Assembly: GCA_963776345.1 (NCBI GenBank)
Contig: CAVZMH010000012.1
Location: forward strand, 1 to 64,000
Source of the DNA: an uncultured delta proteobacterium
GTDB lineage: Bacteria; Myxococcota; Myxococcia; Myxococcales; Myxococcaceae
Direction: 5' to 3'
Length of the DNA: 64,000 nucleotides
This document shows, in pieces, positions 61,922 to 64,000 of this stretch. Numbering within the stretch: the first letter of the stretch is position 1; the number at the start of each line of letters is the position of its first letter. Under the pieces are notes generated by a model, which worked only from the letters and a program-made list of their open reading frames with translations, was not told the DNA's origin and ran no database searches. Both the position numbers and the translations under genes were made by a program.

Positions 61922-64000
61922 GGCCCAGCAGCGTGCGCCGTCCGGGGCCGGGCGACCCGCTCCAGGCGCGCGAGCACGGCGGAATCCTCGGCGTCGAGCC
62001 GCGGCCGGAGCGGGGCGAGCGCCCGGAGTGCGGCCGCGAGTTCCTTTTCCGGGATCGACGGATGGCCACCGGCCGCGGCCAGGGCATGGGCGAGGAGCGC
62101 AGCACGGGCGCGAAGCACGGGGAGCTCCAGGCCGAGCTCGGTCTCGACTGCGCGATCCGGCTCCAGCGCAGCCCGGGCCTCCTCGAGCCCGGCCGTGGCC
62201 GCCGCGTGGTCGCCCAGGACGAGGTCCAGCTCGGCACGGGACAGGACCAGGTCGGCCTCGTCGTGCCGCCTCCGGGCGTTGGTGGGCTGCTCGGCGCGCA
62301 GCGCCCGGACCTCGGCCAGCGCGGTCTCGAGCAGTTCCCGAGCGTGCGCCGGCGACCGCCCCCGCTCGGCCTCCGCCGCCCGGGCGTGGGCCACGATCCA
62401 CATCTGCCGCACGACGGCGTCGCGCGGCCGCGAGGTCCGCATCCGTCGGTCCAGGTCGATGGCCTCGAGGCTCGAGCGCCGCGCCTCCTCGAGCATGCCG
62501 CTCCGTCGCTCGACGTCCGAGAGCTCGCTCAGCGCCCGGATGAGACCGTCGCCCCAGGTGTCGTTCTCGGGCTGCTCGCGGACCAGCGTCCGGTAGAGCT
62601 CCACCGCGCGCTGGCAATCCGGTCGGCCGTGCTCCGGCTGCCCGCGGTCCGCGCTCAGCTGGCAGCGATCGGTGAGCGTCGAGGCGAAGCTGTCCCGCCA
62701 CAGGCGGTTGGAAGGGTCCCCCGCCGAGAGCTGCTGCCGGGTCCCGACGGCCTCGTCCATCAGGCGGGAGGCCCCGGTCCAGTCGCCGCGCTTCGAGTCC
62801 ACCGTCGACGTCACGTGCAGCGCTCCGGCGAAGACGACCTGCACCGAGGCGTCTTCGCGCTTCCGTGTTGCGAGATCGCGCCACAGGTCGACCGAACGGG
62901 TGAGAGTGGTGTGCGCCTCCTCCAGGCGATCGACCGCTTGAAGCAGATACCCGAGTGAGAGCTCGGCCGCAGCGAGTTCGTGGAGCGTCTCGTCCGACCG
63001 GTGCCGCGTGGCGAACGACGCCAGCCGGTCGCGCGCCACGACGAGTCTCTGGAGTGCCGCGTCGGTCTCTCCCCGGCGGTAGAGGATGTTCGAGAGGTTG
63101 GCCGAGATCCGGTAGACGTTCTTCTGGACGGCGAAATCGTCCGGCTGCCGGTCAGCCGCCTCCACCGCCAGGTCCAGTGCGCGCTGGCCGGCGGCGCGGG
63201 CCGGATCGAGGCGGCCCAGTCCGAGCTCGGAGCTCGCGATCCGGCTCCAGCTGTTGCTCACGGCCCGCAGGCGCTGGGGATCACCGGGCGCCTCGCCCAG
63301 CGCCGACTCGCGCAGCTGCAGGGCCCGGCGCTGGAGCGGCAGCGCCCGGGTGTGGTCGCCCCGGTCGCGCGCCACGTCTCCGAGGAGCTCGAGCGCGGCC
63401 GCGGCGCGGAGCCGCGCGTCGGCGCCAGGATTCGCCTCCACCGACTGCAGCCGCTGGTAGTACTCCTCCACTCGCTCGCCGGTGCTGGCCAGGAGGTCGA
63501 GCCGCCCAAGCGATTGCAGATCGTCGCGGAGCCTGAACACCACGAACTGGACCAGCTCCTCCGCCGCGTCGCGCCGGGTCTCGGCCACGACCCGAAGCGC
63601 CTCGGCGCGGCGCTTCTCCTGGACGATCCGGAAGAAGGAGAACGCCCCGCCGGCGAGCAGGACCGCGAGCGACGCCGCGCCCACCCGCACCAGCGTCCGG
63701 TGCCGCCGCATCCAGTGGGACACCAGCTCCCGGGGGGTGTAGGCGTGCGCCCGGACCCTCCGGCCGGCGAGGTAGGCCCGGAGCTCCTCGGCCAGCGCCG
63801 AGGCGTCGGGGTAGCGGTCGCCGGGGGCGAAGGCCAGGGCGCGGTCCACGATGCTCGCCAGCTCCGGCGGCGCCGCGGGCGTGGTGCTGCGCAGCGGCGG
63901 CGGAGGCCCCGAGCGCACCTGCTCGAGGATCTCGACCGCGGAGGCCCCGGAGTACGGCGGGGCGCCGGACACCACGTGGGAGAGCATCGCCCCGAGCGCC
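61918..64000 (-). CDS. Ser/Thr protein kinase with TM segment and TPR-like repeats (5' end outside window)
   Basis: Kinase C-lobe G.PPY, ELASIVDRALA..PGDRY; TM helix; helical repeats; catalytic motifs not visible here. Confidence 0.8.
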   Translation of the reverse strand, partial: ALGAMLSHVVSGAPPYSGASAVEILEQVRSGPPPPLRSTTPAAPPELASIVDRALAFAPGDRYPDASALAEELRAYLAGRRVRAHAYTPRELVSHWMRRHRTLVRVGAASLAVLLAGGAFSFFRIVQEKRRAEALRVVAETRRDAAEELVQFVVFRLRDDLQSLGRLDLLASTGERVEEYYQRLQSVEANPGADARLRAAAALELLGDVARDRGDHTRALPLQRRALQLRESALGEAPGDPQRLRAVSNSWSRIASSELGLGRLDPARAAGQRALDLAVEAADRQPDDFAVQKNVYRISANLSNILYRRGETDAALQRLVVARDRLASFATRHRSDETLHELAAAELSLGYLLQAVDRLEEAHTTLTRSVDLWRDLATRKREDASVQVVFAGALHVTSTVDSKRGDWTGASRLMDEAVGTRQQLSAGDPSNRLWRDSFASTLTDRCQLSADRGQPEHGRPDCQRAVELYRTLVREQPENDTWGDGLIRALSELSDVERRSGMLEEARRSSLEAIDLDRRMRTSRPRDAVVRQMWIVAHARAAEAERGRSPAHARELLETALAEVRALRAEQPTNARRRHDEADLVLSRAELDLVLGDHAAATAGLEEARAALEPDRAVETELGLELPVLRARAALLAHALAAAGGHPSIPEKELAAALRALAPLRPRLDAEDSAVLARLERVARPRTAHAAGP

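Overview
A very GC-rich, gene-dense bacterial window, by eye roughly 70% GC. PEGA/beta-barrel proteins, many Cys-rich lipoproteins with DAG/DGG linkers, a TPR-Ser/Thr kinase and sigma54-type promoters suggest Myxococcota (inference only). I support about 56 genes and saw no rRNA, tRNA, CRISPR array or transposase. The most interesting locus is a compact periplasmic sulfur module at 2455-5909. It holds two YeeE/YedE (PmpAB-like) membrane proteins, a TsdA-type diheme cytochrome c, a Tat-exported DsrE-fold protein resembling the Acidithiobacillus-type thiosulfate dehydrogenase family, and a divergent secreted DsrE protein. The TsdA-type gene seems to begin at a CTG overlapping the upstream stop. 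Other highlights: a sigma54-type promoter with phased upstream repeats in front of an SCP2-WS/DGAT-glgP storage operon; a penicillin-acylase-family gene inserted between the ligase-associated exonuclease and ATP-dependent ligase; a FixJ-like pseudo-receiver; 22-bp-phased repeats plus a sigma54 site ahead of a subtilase; a structured intergenic element before alkA; a low-GC gene; and two gene remnants. Four single-base frameshifts may be assembly errors. All family calls come from motif recognition; no database search was run.
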